64,000 bases of DNA from Octopus vulgaris (Eukaryota), in assembly GCA_951406725.2 (NCBI GenBank), contig OX597834.1, positions 7,812,001 to 7,876,000 of the forward strand, read 5' to 3'. The translations under genes were made by a program, and so were the position numbers. Shown here one piece after another: positions 13,230-27,114 of this stretch (positions are counted from its first letter, which is position 1; every line of letters begins with the position of its first letter). Under the pieces are notes generated by a model. It searched no databases. It worked only from the letters and a program-made list of their open reading frames with translations, and was not told the origin of the DNA.

Positions 13230-13809
<580 letters not shown>

Positions 13810-13831
13810 ATAAATAAATGAATAAAGAAAT

Positions 13832-13874
<43 letters not shown>

Positions 13875-13919
13875 ATATATATATAGATACAGCGCACATA
13901 TACAACACACACACACACA

Positions 13920-14153
13920 CATCTGTTTGTTGTCTACACCACCTGTCTTCGTCTTTTGTGTTTATTTGGGAAATCACCTATACATATATATATATATATC
14001 GGTAGCCACTACACCCATTTTTTTTCTCTCTTTGTTTCTTTATGTGTTCCTTTCTGTAGAAGAGCGTAGGCTCGAAACGTAAAAGACTTTTTTCAATTAC
14101 CGAGCATGATACTATATATATGTCTTCGTCTTTTGTTTTTTTCGTGAAGTCTT

Positions 14154-14158
<5 letters not shown>
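13920..14158 (+). mobile_element. Family D: 3' part of one unit, (TA)n, then a full unit with hammerhead-like motif
   Basis: CTTT-CTGTAGA-A-GAG cgtagg CTC-GAAA-CG-T-A-AAAG at 14050-14085; tandem units. Confidence 0.7.
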
Positions 14159-14191
<33 letters not shown>

Positions 14192-14858
14192 GGTGGCTAA
14201 TTCACAATTTTACACCCTAGATGCAGGAATATGTACGTCGCTACAGTGACATAGGGCGTTAATTAACACCAGCATTGCTAGAAATAGGAGTCGAAACAAC
14301 TCAACAGCCAGCCAAAGAAGCACGATTTTAGTGACTAACAAGGGAGGCAAGCTCCCGTCGGCCGCAAGATCATGGACAGACAAGTACGCACACACACACA
14401 CACACACACATACAGTCGCATGACAGGGTGTGAGAAAATCTACAATGCTAAAAGTGAGAGCTAAAGTACTCTGATGATGCATACAAAGCGCATAATTGTA
14501 TACATACTTACTAACAGCGACAGTACACGGCCGTAAGTGGCAGTCGTGATATCCCTTGACCCTTGACATTTTTGGCTTTATAACCGAAGCCTCATCAGTA
14601 GGGTTGCCGCAACACACTAGTTTCTGGATAAGATCGCCAGCAGTATATATGCCTACTCCATAGAAATCCATGTATGATTTAGTGAATCGTTACCGTGTAT
14701 AGAATTGTGTACACCCTCTGTTATATTTAATGTTAATTATAGTTTTCCTCTTCGGAAATATAATTATTTAATTAGAGGTTGTTTAACCTTATAAAGCATT
14801 GTTTCGTCCAAGCGAATACTGTTATTTTTGGAGAATGAATTTCCTTGAAATAATAGTT

Positions 14859-15213
14859 AATGGCCCAGTGGTTAGGATCGCGGTTTCGAATCCCCAGACC
14901 GGGCGTTTTGAGTGTTTATTGAGCGAAAACACCTAAAAGTTCCACGAGGCTCCGGCAGGGGATGGTGGTGATCCCTGCTGTACTCTTTCACCACAACTTT
15001 CTCTCACTCTTACTTACTGTTTCTGTTGTATCTGTATTTCAAAGGGTCGGCCTTGTCACTCTCTGTTTCACGCTGAATATCCCCGAGAACTACGTTAAGG
15101 GTACACGTGTCTGTGGAGTGCTCAGTCACTTACACGTTAATTTCACGAACAGGCTGTTCCGTTGATTCGGATCAACCGGAACCCTCATCGTCGTAACCGA
15201 CGAAGTGCTTCCA
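14859..15213 (+). mobile_element. SINE family C (tRNA-derived)
   Basis: TGGCCCAGTGGTTAG A-box and GGTTTCGAATCCC B-box; homologous to 16997-17370. Confidence 0.85.
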
Positions 15214-15489
15214 TTAAATCATAGTTTATATACATTTAAAAGAAGAAAAAAATGGAGATTGGGGAGTTAATAACTGTTTATTAACAGCTAATTGGTGCAT
15301 GTGTAATTGCTGTTAATAATAAATAATTATTAACTTCCCAATTTCCAATTTCTTCTTTGCACACTTGGGCGTGAAAAACCATCCGCTGCATGAACGCATG
15401 CGCTTCCGCGTTCTTTTCTGTACGAAGCGACGACCACATTGTCTGTCTTTTATAGCCCAAAGAGAAATAGTTCCTTCTTATATTCGTTT

Positions 15490-15940
15490 CGAATTTTGGC
15501 ACAAGAGCAGCAGATATTGGAGGAGAGGCTAAGTCGCTTCCAGTTTATATTATCTATATCTTTACTACCCACAAGGGGCTAAATACAGAAAGGACAAACA
15601 AGGACAGACAAACGGATTAAGCCGATTACATCAACCCCAGTACGTAACTGATACTTAATTTATCGACCCCGAAAGGATGAAAGGCAAAGTCAACCTCGGC
15701 GGAATTTGAACTCAGAACGTAACGGCAGACGAAATACGGCTACGCATTTCGCCCGGCGTGCTAACGTTTCTGCCAGCTCGCCGCTTTATATTATCACCCT
15801 TGGTAGTGTTTATATTATCATCCCTGTAAGGGTGAAAGGCAAAGCGGACCTCGCTGGAATTTGAACTTAGATCGTCAAGACGGACTAAATGCCACTGCGT
15901 ATTTATATCGTCTGATGTTCTAACGATTCCACGAGCTTGC
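15490..15940 (-). mobile_element. Old family B-like SINE interrupted by a younger B copy
   Basis: Degenerate tail (aattttggcacaag..) on the left and degenerate core/head (gaaaggcaaagcggacctcgctggaatttgaact) on the right of the insert. Confidence 0.65.
15555..15784 (-). mobile_element. SINE family B monomer (tRNA-like head, Meta/MESC-like core)
   Basis: GGCGAGCTGGCAG head, GAGTTCAAATTCC B-box, core GCCTTTCATCCTTTCGGGGTCGATAAA. TSD TTTATATTATC at 15544-15554 and 15785-15795. Confidence 0.85.
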
Positions 15941-16026
15941 GAACTTAGTTCCTTCTTATATTCGAACAGCATATGAGGAGTTTATGAAAATCATGCATCT
16001 TGGTCAAGCTAGAACACTTTACTGTT

Positions 16027-16414
16027 TCTTTTACTTGTTTCAGTCATTTGACTGCGGCCATGCTGGAGCACCGCCTTTAGTCGAGCAAATCGACCCCGGG
16101 ACTTATTCTTTGTAAGCCCAGTACTTATTCTTTTTTTTTGCCGAACCGCTAAGTAACGGGGACGTAAACACATCAGCATCGGTTGTCAAGCAATTCTAGA
16201 GGGACAAACACAGACACATAAACACACACACACATATATATATATACATATATACGACAGGCTTCTTTCAGCTTCCGTCTACCAAATCCACTCACAAGGC
16301 ATTGGTCGGCCCGGGGCTATAGTAGAAGACACTTGCCCTAGATGCCACGCAGGGGGACTGAACCCGGAACCATGTGGTTGGTAAGCAAGCTACTTACCAC
16401 ACGGCCACTCCTGC
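16027..16414 (-). mobile_element. SINE family A
   Basis: Full-length homology to other A copies. Confidence 0.85.
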
Positions 16415-16879
16415 TCAACTGCTAGTGAGTTTGAAATTACATCGTTTAGGAGAAGATTTCTTCAGGTGCTATTTTCACAGCAGACTCTCGTTTCATGACT
16501 GAATGCCTTCGTGCGTGTTAAAAGCGACATCACCCGAATATATTTTATATATATTTAATTCAACGCTGCTTCACGCGCAAACAGACACAAGCGCGCAAAC
16601 ACACATGTCCTTACATATGGTTGTTAATACACATTCTCACATAAATGTATATTTACATTAATTTGTACAAGTTTTTTGTTGCAAAAAAACTACAATGAAA
16701 ATAATAGTCAATGATGAGCAGCGCTCATGATAAGTTTAGCCTGTATGTGTGATTTGTGAAAACAATGGTAATTTAAGGTATTCAGAACCAATTTAAAACA
16801 GTTCTTTTGTCATGTGTACCTGATAAATTTGGCAATGCTATCACTGGAAACTCTTCATGAATTTGTTTATTTATTCTAT

Positions 16880-17550
16880 TTTATCTTTTAACTTTCACGT
16901 GTTCCAGTCATTGGACTGCGGCAATGCCGGGGCATTATCTTGAAGAGTAATTAGTCGAATGTATTGACCCTATAGCATTATTCTATCATCGCTTTTGGAG
17001 GAAGCACTCCGTCGGTTGCGACGACGAGTGTTCCAGTTGATCCGATGAACGGAACAGCCTGCTCGTGAAATTAACGTGTAAGTGGCTGAGCACTCCACAG
17101 ACACGTGTACCCTTAACGTAGTTCTCGGGGATATTCAGCGTGACACAGAGAGTGACAAGGCCAGCCCTTTGAAATACAGGTACAACAGAAACAGGAAGTA
17201 AGAGTGAGAGAAAGTTGTGGTGAAAGAGTACAGCAGGGATCACCACCTGAGCCTCGTGGAGCTTTAGGTGTTTTCGCTCAATAAACACTCACAACGCCCG
17301 GTCTGGGAATCGAAACCGTGATCCTATGACCGCGAGTCCGCTGCCCTAACTACGGGCCATTGCGCCTCCACTATCATCGCTTTTACCGAACCGCTAGCTT
17401 ACGGAGACGTAAATACCCCAGCACCGGCTGTCAACCGGTGGTGGGAGACAAGCACAGACAGAAAGACATACACACAAGCGCGCGCATGCACACATATACA
17501 TGTATTACCGGCTGAAATCTGAAATATGTGGTTGGGAAGCAAGCTTCTTT
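16880..17550 (-). mobile_element. Old SINE family A copy interrupted by a family C insertion
   Basis: Degenerate A tail at 16880-16996 continues at 17371 (accgaaccgctag..). Confidence 0.7.
16997..17370 (-). mobile_element. SINE family C, full length with TSD
   Basis: TSD CTATCATCGCTTTT at 16983-16996 and 17371-17384. Confidence 0.88.
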
Positions 17551-17695
17551 ATTTCTTTATATTGGCCATAAGGCCTTACTCAGAAAAAGGAAGCTGCGGG
17601 CTGGACGTAGACGTAATGTTATATGAAATGAAAATTAAAAAGATGATAAATGGGGGAAAAATTTCGACGCCCGCCGATCGATTTCTCCCCCGAGG

Positions 17696-18112
17696 ACTCT
17701 TTACTCTTTACTCTTTTACTTGTTCCAGTCATTTGACTGCGGCCATGCTGGAGCACCGCCTTTAGTCGAGCAAATCGACCCCTGGACTTATTCTTTGTAA
17801 GCCCAGTACTTATTCTATCGGTCTCTTTTGCCGAACCGCTAAGTAACGGGGGACATAAACACACCAGCATCGGTTGTCAAGCAATGCTAGGGGGACAAAC
17901 AGACACACAAACACACACACGCATATATATATATATATATACATATATACGACAAGCTTCTTTCAGTTTCCGTCTACCAGATCCACTCACAAGGCTTTGG
18001 TCGGCCCGAGGCTATAGTAGAAGACACTTTCCCAAGGTGCCACGCAGTCGGACTGAACCCGGAACAATGTGGTTGGTAAACAAGCTACTTACCACACAGC
18101 CACTCCTGCGCC
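17696..18112 (-). mobile_element. SINE family A
   Basis: Full-length copy with repeated GTAAAAGA tail. Confidence 0.85.
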
Positions 18113-18969
18113 TCCAGACAGCCACTCCTTCGCCATATATATATGCTTGCGGCTATAACTTTTTACACTAACCGCGTGTTTTTCGCCGCGGATTCTGCAA
18201 TCCAGAGAATTTCTTTGTCGAGTTTCTGTAAATACTTTCAAACACTTCTTCATTTCTAAATTTGATTTGACATAGTACTGAAATAACTGAAAACAAAGTT
18301 CCTTTATATGTTTAAAAGTGCACGGTTTTATTGGACTGCATCTCAATTTCGTGTATTGCTTGTTATACCATTACAGTATTGAATGCGTATAGCCACCCGT
18401 AATTATGGTATTGTGTTGTAAAACGAAGGTATTACAGTCATTCGGATTTCAATCTTATTTTCTCTGTCATAAAATTAAAAGTAATCCAATTTTTATTGAG
18501 TCTCGAGTCATTTCATAAAGCCAAAGTTTCAGATACAGCATTTATCAAGCAACCATGTTGATTTATCTATTGACAAAGAACAATAATATTTCACGGAGAA
18601 CTCATTTAATCTGCATATATATGACTTGAGCAAATCAAGAAGCGCAGGTGTAAGAAGGTGTTAGAGATAGCCTAAAGGTCACATTTGCAGTTGCCTTTAG
18701 AATTACAATTAAAAAGAAGCCTCACAGAGTCAGTTATACAATGATCCAAACCTTATGCAACCATGTGGTTAGTCGCACATTGGGAGATAATATTGAAAAG
18801 AGAATTAATTCTCGGACAGTAGCAAATTACACAGATTCTTAAATGATGTGATACGTGTCAAATGACATAAAAATACGTCAATATCAAACATCAAAGAACT
18901 TCAACGAGGTGTTTTATTCTAAAAGATATAGCAGTCGATCATCTGCTGCACAGCGGTTTGTATGTTGAA

Positions 18970-19448
18970 GGCGGGGAGCTGGCAGATCCGTTAGCATGCC
19001 GGACGAAATGCTTAGCATGCCGGACGAAATGCTTAGCGGCGAGCTGGCATAAACGTTAGTACGCCGAGCGAAAAGCCTAGCGGTATTTCGTCTGCGTTAC
19101 GTTGTGAGTTCAAATTCCGCCGAGGTCGACTTTGCCTTTCATACTTTCGGGGTCGATAAATTAAGTACCAGTTACGCACTGGGGTCGATGTATTCGACTT
19201 AATACCTATGTCTGTCCTTGTTTGTCCCCTCTGTCTTTAGCCCCATGTGGGTAATAAAGAAATAGGTATTTCGTCTGCCGTTACGTTCTGAGTTCAAATT
19301 CCGCCGAGGTCGACTTTGCTTTTCATCCTTTCGGGGTCGATAAATTAAGCACCAGTTACGCACTGGGGTCGATGTAATCGACTTAATACCTATGTCTGTC
19401 CTTGTGTGTCCCCTCTGTGTTTAGCCCCTTGTGGGTAATAATGAAATA
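18970..19448 (+). mobile_element. SINE family B dimer with an extra partial head
   Basis: Two bodies joined at AAAGAAATA|GGTATTTCGTCTG. 16-bp TSD GGTTTGTATGTTGAAG at 18955-18970 and 19449-19464. Confidence 0.88.
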
Positions 19449-19784
19449 GGTTTGTATGTTGAAGATGCAGAAAATATTATTTTGTAAATTTTATTTTCCT
19501 CAAACCCTGGCAAATTTCATTGAAAGAATACAGACATGTTGTTTAGAGAAAAATGGGTCTTGATTGGAAAATAGTATTCTTCTAAAGAATTCTTTAAAAT
19601 TTTAGATCTAGTTTTTTTTTTAACAGAACAGATGTATGAAATCCTTGTCTTAAGAGTATACACAGCACGATACAGAAATAACAATCATCTATGAAAACGC
19701 TGCCTTCATCTCCCATATCTGTCCTTGATGGACTGGCAGGTGTTTTGTTATTATTTTCTTCTAATACATGCTTCAGTCATTAGA

Positions 19785-20078
19785 CTGCAGCCATGCAGTG
19801 CTTATTTGTTTTAAACGTGGTACTCATTCTATTCTCTCTTTTGTCGAACACACCAGCACCAGTTCTGAAGTGGTAACAGGGGACAAACACACACACACAA
19901 AATTGAACACACACATACACATATATGTGTATACGACGAGATTCTTTGAATGCCCATCTTCAAAATCCACTCACAAGGCTTTGGGTTTTTGGAAGCTATA
20001 GTAGAAGACGCTTGCCACGCAATGGGACTGAGCCAGGAACCATATGGTTGGGAAGCAAACGTCTGATCAACCAGTCAC
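19785..20078 (-). mobile_element. Old degenerate SINE family A
   Basis: cagtcattagactgcagccatgc ... aaatccactcacaaggcttt ... gggactgagccaggaaccatatggttgg. Confidence 0.7.
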
Positions 20079-20940
20079 AGGTTTCAGTAAATAAATTGTT
20101 GGGATGAGATATTTTAATCTTATGGATTAGTACAATTGATTTCAAGAGTTAAGATACGACATTGATTGCAGAGGCGAAAGATACACTAATATTTCTTTGA
20201 AGATAACTGAAGAATAAAGCAATCAAGTTGGCAGATAATCTTTCTGGCATACTTTAAGGAGATTTGTGAACAATTAAATGCTGTCAAGACATTACATGCC
20301 AATCAACTTACCGTTTTTTTAAGAATTATCTTTTGACTAAAATTCTTTTAAATGAATAATGGACAGTGCGTCAGAACCTCAAAGCTAATTGTTGCAACAT
20401 AAAATCAAAATTAGCCTCGAAACACTTTGTTTCCTTGCGTTTTCGAGACGATTCCTATTTTCCTCATATTAATAAATTGGATTATCAGCTGCGTTAGAAT
20501 CCATTCAGAATAAATTCTAAATGATATCCTGATCACCTGATGGATGTCACATTGTAGGGCTTAAGTGCAAACTACGTATTTGTATAGTGAATTTCTTACG
20601 TATACAAACTTGTTTGATTTTATTGCCGGTCTTTTTTTAGCCAAATATTTCACGTCATGTCCCTTCCAAAATATACGCTACTATTGTCGAAGGAAACTGC
20701 GATGTGTCAGAGGCGAGAGTTAAAAACCTCTACTGCACAAGATGAAACACCTAGAAAGAGCAGTTGATATACTATCACAAATATTACGAACGTTTTTGCA
20801 AGATCACTCACGAAATTCATAAGTCCAGTCACTACCGTTCCATAAAGTTAACTCGGCACTGTACAGCATACTATATTTCAAGCGATAACAGTACTCTATA
20901 AGTAAATTGGCGTTTTCTAATGTTCTACAATAATTTATTT

Positions 20941-21357
20941 AGGAGTGGCTTTGAGGTAAGTAGCTTGCTTACCAACCACATGGTTCCGGGTTCAGTCCCA
21001 CTGCGTGGCATCTTGGGCAAGTGTCTTCTGCTATATCACCGGGCCAACCAAAGCCTTGTGAGTGGATTTGGTAGACGGAAACTGAAAGAAGCCCGTCGTA
21101 TATATGCATGTATATATATATATGTGTGTGTGTGTATGTTTGTGTGTCTGTGATTGTCCCCCTAGCATTGCTTGACAACCGATGCTGGTGTGTTTACGTC
21201 TCCGTCACTTAGCGGTTCGGCAAAAGAAACCGATAGAATAAGTACTGGGCTTACAAAGAGTAAGTCCCGGGGTCGATTTGGTCGACTAAAGGCGGTGCTC
21301 CAGCATGGCCGCAGTCAAATGACTGAAACAAGTAAAAGAGTAAAAGAGTAAAAGAGT
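20941..21357 (+). mobile_element. SINE family A
   Basis: Full copy with three tail repeats. Confidence 0.85.
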
Positions 21358-21473
21358 TATCCTATAAGGGGGAGTGTGAAAAAAAGACATCTTCGCATAG
21401 ATTTCTAGCTGGCCAAACAATGTTTAAATGCATGGGTAAATGCATTAACGATTTGGAGAGTGGATACTCTCTC

Positions 21474-21891
21474 TCTTTTACTCTTTTACTTGTTTCAGTC
21501 ATTTGATTGCGGCCATGCTGGAGCACCGCCTTCAGTCGAGCAAATCGACCCCGGGAATTATTCTTTGTAAGTCCAGTATTTATTCTACCGGTCTCTTTTT
21601 TGCCGAACCGCTAAGTAACGGAGACGTAAACACACCAGCATCGGTTGTCAAGCAATGCTGGGGGGACAAACGCAGACACACAAACATATACACACACACT
21701 TATATATATATATATACATATATACGACAGGCTTCTTTCAGTGTCCGTCTACCAAATCCACTCACAAGGCATTGGTCGGCCCGGGGCTATAGCAGAAGAC
21801 ACTTGCCCAAGTTGCCAGCCACGCAGTGGGACTGAACCCGGAACCATGTGGTTGGTTAGCAAGCTACTTACCACACAGCCACTCCTGCGCC
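21474..21891 (-). mobile_element. SINE family A, tail-to-tail with 20941-21357
   Basis: Full copy. Confidence 0.85.
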
Positions 21892-22106
21892 TATAATTAA
21901 CCAAAAATATTGTTCTAGGTACCAGAGACGTAGTTTTGGTCAAAAGCGATGTCTTTAAATTTTCCTTTCTGATACTTATATCTTTCGTTGTTGCACAATA
22001 GGAAAAGGATACACATACACGCTTATCGCTCCCGATACATATACACTTATGTATATATGTATGTATGTACGTGTGTATGTATGCATGTATCTCTCTCTCC
22101 CTTTCC

Positions 22107-22158
<52 letters not shown>

Positions 22159-22971
22159 ATATGTGTGTGTATTTGTGTGTGTGAGTGTAGGTGCGTACAC
22201 ACACACAAAATGTAATGTACACAGTATTTAAAATAAAACCTACTTATAATTTCTTGTCATAAGGATATATTGTATTTAGTCAGATTTACATAACAATTCT
22301 TGCATCTCATTGTATTCTTTCACCTCAGTGCATATGCTTAGATTAATTTGAAAACCAGAACGCTGGTACATGAGAAACCACTTGAGAAAACAAGAAGGTT
22401 TTATGCAAAAAGTGTGAAATGAGAAGAGGAAAGATGAAGAAGAAACGGAAAAAAGAACAAGGGAAAAAATAAAAGAGAATTGAGAGATACCTCTCTTTGA
22501 CCGTAAATATCGTAATTAATCTGGAGTAGAATAATTCAGCGGTGCAGAGTCCAAAAGTGTGCGAGATAGCTTTGAAGTTGAAGATGGTAGTGTTCTCCAG
22601 TTCGACGAAAGAAATTTGGCCATGTGTTTGCTTTTGCTGAAAATTTCGGATCTGAAATTAAGTAGTGTAGTGGAATTGTTGGATCTAAAAACAATGTGCC
22701 AACTTTCAGCTACGCATAATTTGTATCACTTTGATTTCTTTATGCGTGACATAGGTCTCTCCACGATTTTCCACATTATTGTATGTGATGTGCTATTGGT
22801 CATTAGACTCCAAAGTGCCTATCCAACTTAGTTTTATATTTATGGATAGGCTGGAAATAGGTCTCGTACAATATGGTTCGGCTCAGTTTGATAGCATAAA
22901 AGAATACACTACGTCCCATCCACAAAAAATTCTAATAAATATTTACTAGATTATGGCCCTGTGATAACAGT

Positions 22972-23361
22972 TTAATCAAGATAGCCGTCTTCAGCTTCCA
23001 TCACAGGATCAAGACGGCTCCTAAATCTGGCGCATGCGTTCGTTACTGTCACTTTGAGAAGAACTTCAAGCATTTCCTTGATCTTGGCCACCAGCGCGGC
23101 CTTGGTTTTGCAAGCAGTAAGATTGATGTCTTTCACAAATGTGCCCTAATTATAATAATCCGTAGGATTACAATCAGGGGTATTAGGAAGTCAGAAACTG
23201 GAATTGGTGAAGTCGAATACATTCTCAGACAACCACTTGTAAATCTTTTCGGAGGTATAACAAGGATCTGACACCCGATGTCACACATATGACCTTTTGT
23301 AGTAACCCTCTTTAGTCAGAGCTTCACTATAGCCTCCGGCAGTTTCGCATATCTGTCTGAA
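22972..23361 (-). pseudogene. Tc1/mariner-superfamily transposase C-terminal remnant, DD37D (maT-like) spacing
   Basis: Manual translation SYV*HRVSDPCYTSEKIYKWLSENVFDFTNSSF*LPNTPDCNPTDYYN*G...NACARFRSRLDPVMEAEDGYLD* matches QQDxAPCH...WPPNSPDxNPxDY. 37 residues separate the (degenerate) second D from the last D. Contains in-frame stops. Confidence 0.75.
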
Positions 23362-23783
23362 TCCGATCTCTATTAGAAAGTGTTATCACAAGGTACAATG
23401 CATAAGATAACAACTGGAAATATATGGATGCAAACCGACAATCTTAACTAAATATGCAAAAATACCCCTTGGCTGAATAAAAGTTTCTGTGCATAAAATT
23501 TCTCTATATAATCTTTTTTCTTAGAATCATCACATATAGCAATATGTTCAGCCCTTAATACTCATACGGGAATCATATGCACTGAGTTCCCATATATATT
23601 CTATTTCAGTTGTTTGCTTTACACTATGCTTAAAATTTGAAGGGTCCTCTATTCCTTTAAGCTTGCCTTGAACCTGTGTATCTTACAAAATAACTAACAA
23701 TTAAAGCACTTAGTGCCGAGAGAAAATATGTTATCTATATTTGATTGTAATGTAATGATACAGCTGCAATAGCTGTTCTAAAC

Positions 23784-24107
23784 CAATGATTCTCAACCAA
23801 AGTCCATATGACCCCTGGTTTCCACTTAAGATTTTTTCGCAGTCCACGCAAGCAAAATAGTAAATAGTTTTTAAGGGTCCATATAAATTTTGCTTTAGAT
23901 GCATTATTCGCAAGAAACAGCAATATTTCTTTGTCAAATGTTTCACATAGTTCCTCCGACACAGGTTAATATATGACAAATAAAATAGGAATTTTCAAAG
24001 AATTATCTATAAAACTAGTTTTTAAACATCCAATGGCTGTAGGGGATCACCAGATTAGAATGGTAATCGAAGGGGTTCATTGTTAAAAAAATTATTGAGA
24101 ACAACTT
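23784..24107. mobile_element. hAT-like MITE, degenerate
   Basis: Ends CAATGATTCTCAACC ... ATTGAGAACAACTT resemble CAGTGGTTCTCAA-type TIRs. A related end lies at about 61290-61350. Confidence 0.5.
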
Positions 24108-24417
24108 CTGTCGACTCACATCTTCTAAATAGCAGCCAATTATTCCTCAAACGGTTAACAAACCCCTTAAACAAAGACGTTGGTTGGAATAGTATCAATG
24201 AAACACATGACCGCAAGATGGTAATGTATAGAACTACAATGAGCTTAGGGCTAATCAATCAGTGCTTATCTGGGGCTGAATACAATCATAGCGCCTCTGG
24301 CAATCTCATGATAATTCTAACGAAACATTTCATCAAAATCTTTCCAAGTTTAGAACAATAACGAACGTATAGAACGCTTCATAGAATCATTATCAATGTC
24401 ATTGTTAATCAGCGCAT

Positions 24418-24812
24418 GCGCAGGTGTGGCTGAGTGATTAATAAGCTTGTTTTGCAAACAAAGGAATAATGTTATTATCCTTGCGCAGCAACTTAGATAA
24501 GTATCATTTACTAAATCCCGGGCGGACCATTGCACTTGATAGACGGAAACTGTGGAAAACAGTCATTAGGTCCCGCTTTCTCGTTCTGTGTGTGTGTGCG
24601 TGCGTGCCTGTGTGTTTTTAAGTATGTGTATATACGCGTGTGTATATTTTGTGTCAGTTTCCCTCCACAAAATGATGTCTATCTGTTTATATCCCCGTAG
24701 GGTAAATACTAGACTAAAAAAATACGTTCTGTGGTCAATTTGTACCACGAAACCCTTCAGGAAGATGCATCCTCCAGCATGGCCGCAGCTCAATGCTTGA
24801 AGCAAAGAATAA
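24418..24812 (+). mobile_element. Old degenerate SINE family A
   Basis: gcaggtgtggctgagtg .. tagacggaaactg .. ctccagcatggccgcag. Confidence 0.65.
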
Positions 24813-26068
24813 GTCACGATATTCTGTTAAGAATAATAGAATCTAAGATGAAGACATTTTAAGATTATTTTTAATAGAATGAAAAGGTGATCTCGAACAA
24901 GTATGGTAGTGAAAAAGGTTAAATGAAAAAGAGGCATCGAATAATATTTCACCGGCTATAAATCAAAGAAAGATTGGATCGTAATGACCAGATTTTCTTT
25001 GATTGTAGGGCCACTCAATCAGGGCGTATCTCATGCTAAACATAAAACAAAACCCAACAAATTTTGAAAGGATATGATGAATAATGCTGTCATTGATGTA
25101 AAAGAGACGTGAAGGTCATGGCTAGAATGTCTTTCTTGATAGATCTATTGGATCAACTGAAAGTTGAGACTAAAACAGCTAAAATTATTTTCGCCTTAAT
25201 TGAAAGGCAGAGGAACTCGCATCTCCCTTATTACCTGGCCTCAAATGCACGTTGATTTCATTTGCTATTAAACATAAAGGAGATCCCGAAAAAATATTTG
25301 TTTTCCCTATTTTTTTCTTTCAGTTTCAAAGCACTCATTAGAGCGCCATCTATTTTATGTGGTTCCGTTAATGACAGGAATTTGAGGATACCATCCTGTA
25401 TTCTGGATCTCATAAGAATTGATCCCTATACAAAAAACTAAAATTAATGTTACCATGTTGAAGGTGCTCAGTTTCCACTTCTGCCGTGATTGCGTAAGCC
25501 TAATTTACAGCAATGAATATCCCTTTTTTTTTCTTCAAATCTGCCGTATCTAAAAATACATGACAGTCGTCAGAAGAATCGTTAATTTTGCGAGGAAAGA
25601 AATCTCACACATGGGAGAATTGACTACTGTTCTTAATTTACATCAGCTACGGATGAAGCTTTCCAGTTTGAAAGCAATTTAACATCGTATCAAAGGTATT
25701 CAAATATTCATAAAACACTTTTTACCCTTAGTGAATTAGCAGAGTCCTGTAAACGTTAGTGGCAAAGCATTATCATATTTATTGCGGCTTCTTATGGTCC
25801 CGGCTCAAATCTCACAGAGGGCATCTTAGCATTTTAAATTAAGGGCGCGATAATTAAATTAAATATCAGACTATGACTGTAAATTGGAATTTAATGTAGT
25901 GAAAAAGATTTCTGGTAATAATGTTGCGAAATCTTTATGGACTTGATTCAAACTCCATAAAACCTTTTGTGTGTTGAAGCACACAATACCCGGTGGAATG
26001 TGTCAGCGAGATTCCAGTATTTCTATAACATTGTCCGAACATGCGTCTGTTACTGAAGTTTGCAAAAT

Positions 26069-26383
26069 CTCTCGTGGAAGCGCCATCCAACCAAAATGCA
26101 AATATATGGGAAACTACCACCTGTGTCATCTCTTGTGAAAGGCAGGAGTGTCCAGTTTGCTGGACATTGTTGTAGAGCTGAAAAAGAGGTAATTTCTACT
26201 CTTCTCCTCTGGAAGCCATCTACTTGCAATACCAGAGGGCGCACACTCTCCTACCCTGATGTAATCTCCAGGGATACAGGCATCCAGCAACAGGACCTCC
26301 GTAATGCCATTATGGACCGTGAAGTCTGGCGTAGAATGGTAAATTCCATTGTCTCGACCACGGTCGAAGAATGATGATGATGA
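26069..26383 (+). mobile_element. 5'-truncated RTE-clade LINE 3' end
   Basis: ORF ..SWKRHPT..QFAGHCCR..LLLWKP..RGR..AIMDREVWR is typical of an RTE C-terminus. (TGA)n tail; 15-bp TSD TGAAGTTTGCAAAAT at 26054-26068 and 26384-26398. Confidence 0.85.
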
Positions 26384-26730
26384 TGAAGTTTGCAAAATTT
26401 ACTAGTTAGGCAATGCACCCAAATAGAAAATGTCATTATTAGTTAATGATACTAGGCATACATATATATGAAATATGGATATCATCGGCGATCATACAAT
26501 GCCCAACGAACCATGTCACCCATTAACACGTTGTTATGGATTACAAAGATAAAGGTGCAGTCGTAGCTGTGTGGTAAGAAGCTTGGCCCCGCGTTCAGAC
26601 CCGTTGGGTGGCACCTGAAGAAAGTGTCTTCTACTATAGCCTCAGGCGGACCAAAGTCTTGTGAATGGATGTAGAAGATGGAAACTGAAAGAAACCCGTC
26701 GTTTACATATATATATATATATATGTATGT

Positions 26731-27027
26731 GGAGGCGCAATGTCCTAGTGGTTAGGGCAGCGGACTCGCAGTCGCAAGATCGCGGTTTCGATTCCCAGAC
26801 CGGGCGTTGTGAGTGTTTATTGAGCGAAAACACCTAAAAGCTCCACGAGACTCCGGCAGGGGGTGGTGATCCCTGCTGTACTCTTTCACCACTCTTTCAC
26901 CCACTCTTTCTTCTGTTGGCCTGCTCGCTTAGCCAGCGGGGTGGCGTCATTCAAAGGCTAAAACAATGTGAACGCATTGTGACCAGCGATGTGTAACAAC
27001 ATCTGATGGTCTGGTCGGTCACGTGGT

Positions 27028-27034
<7 letters not shown>
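26731..27034 (+). mobile_element. SINE family C with an alternative 3' tail
   Basis: Same head and body as 14859/16997 up to ctgctgtactctttcaccac, then a different tail ending gtcacgtggtcacgtga. Confidence 0.8.
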
Positions 27035-27078
<44 letters not shown>

Positions 27079-27114
27079 TGATTCTATTTTCAGCTCATGA
27101 GCTGTGGCCATATA

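Noticed and set aside
14210-14671. 153-aa ORF
   Set aside because: Spans a (CA)n tract and shows no recognisable homology.
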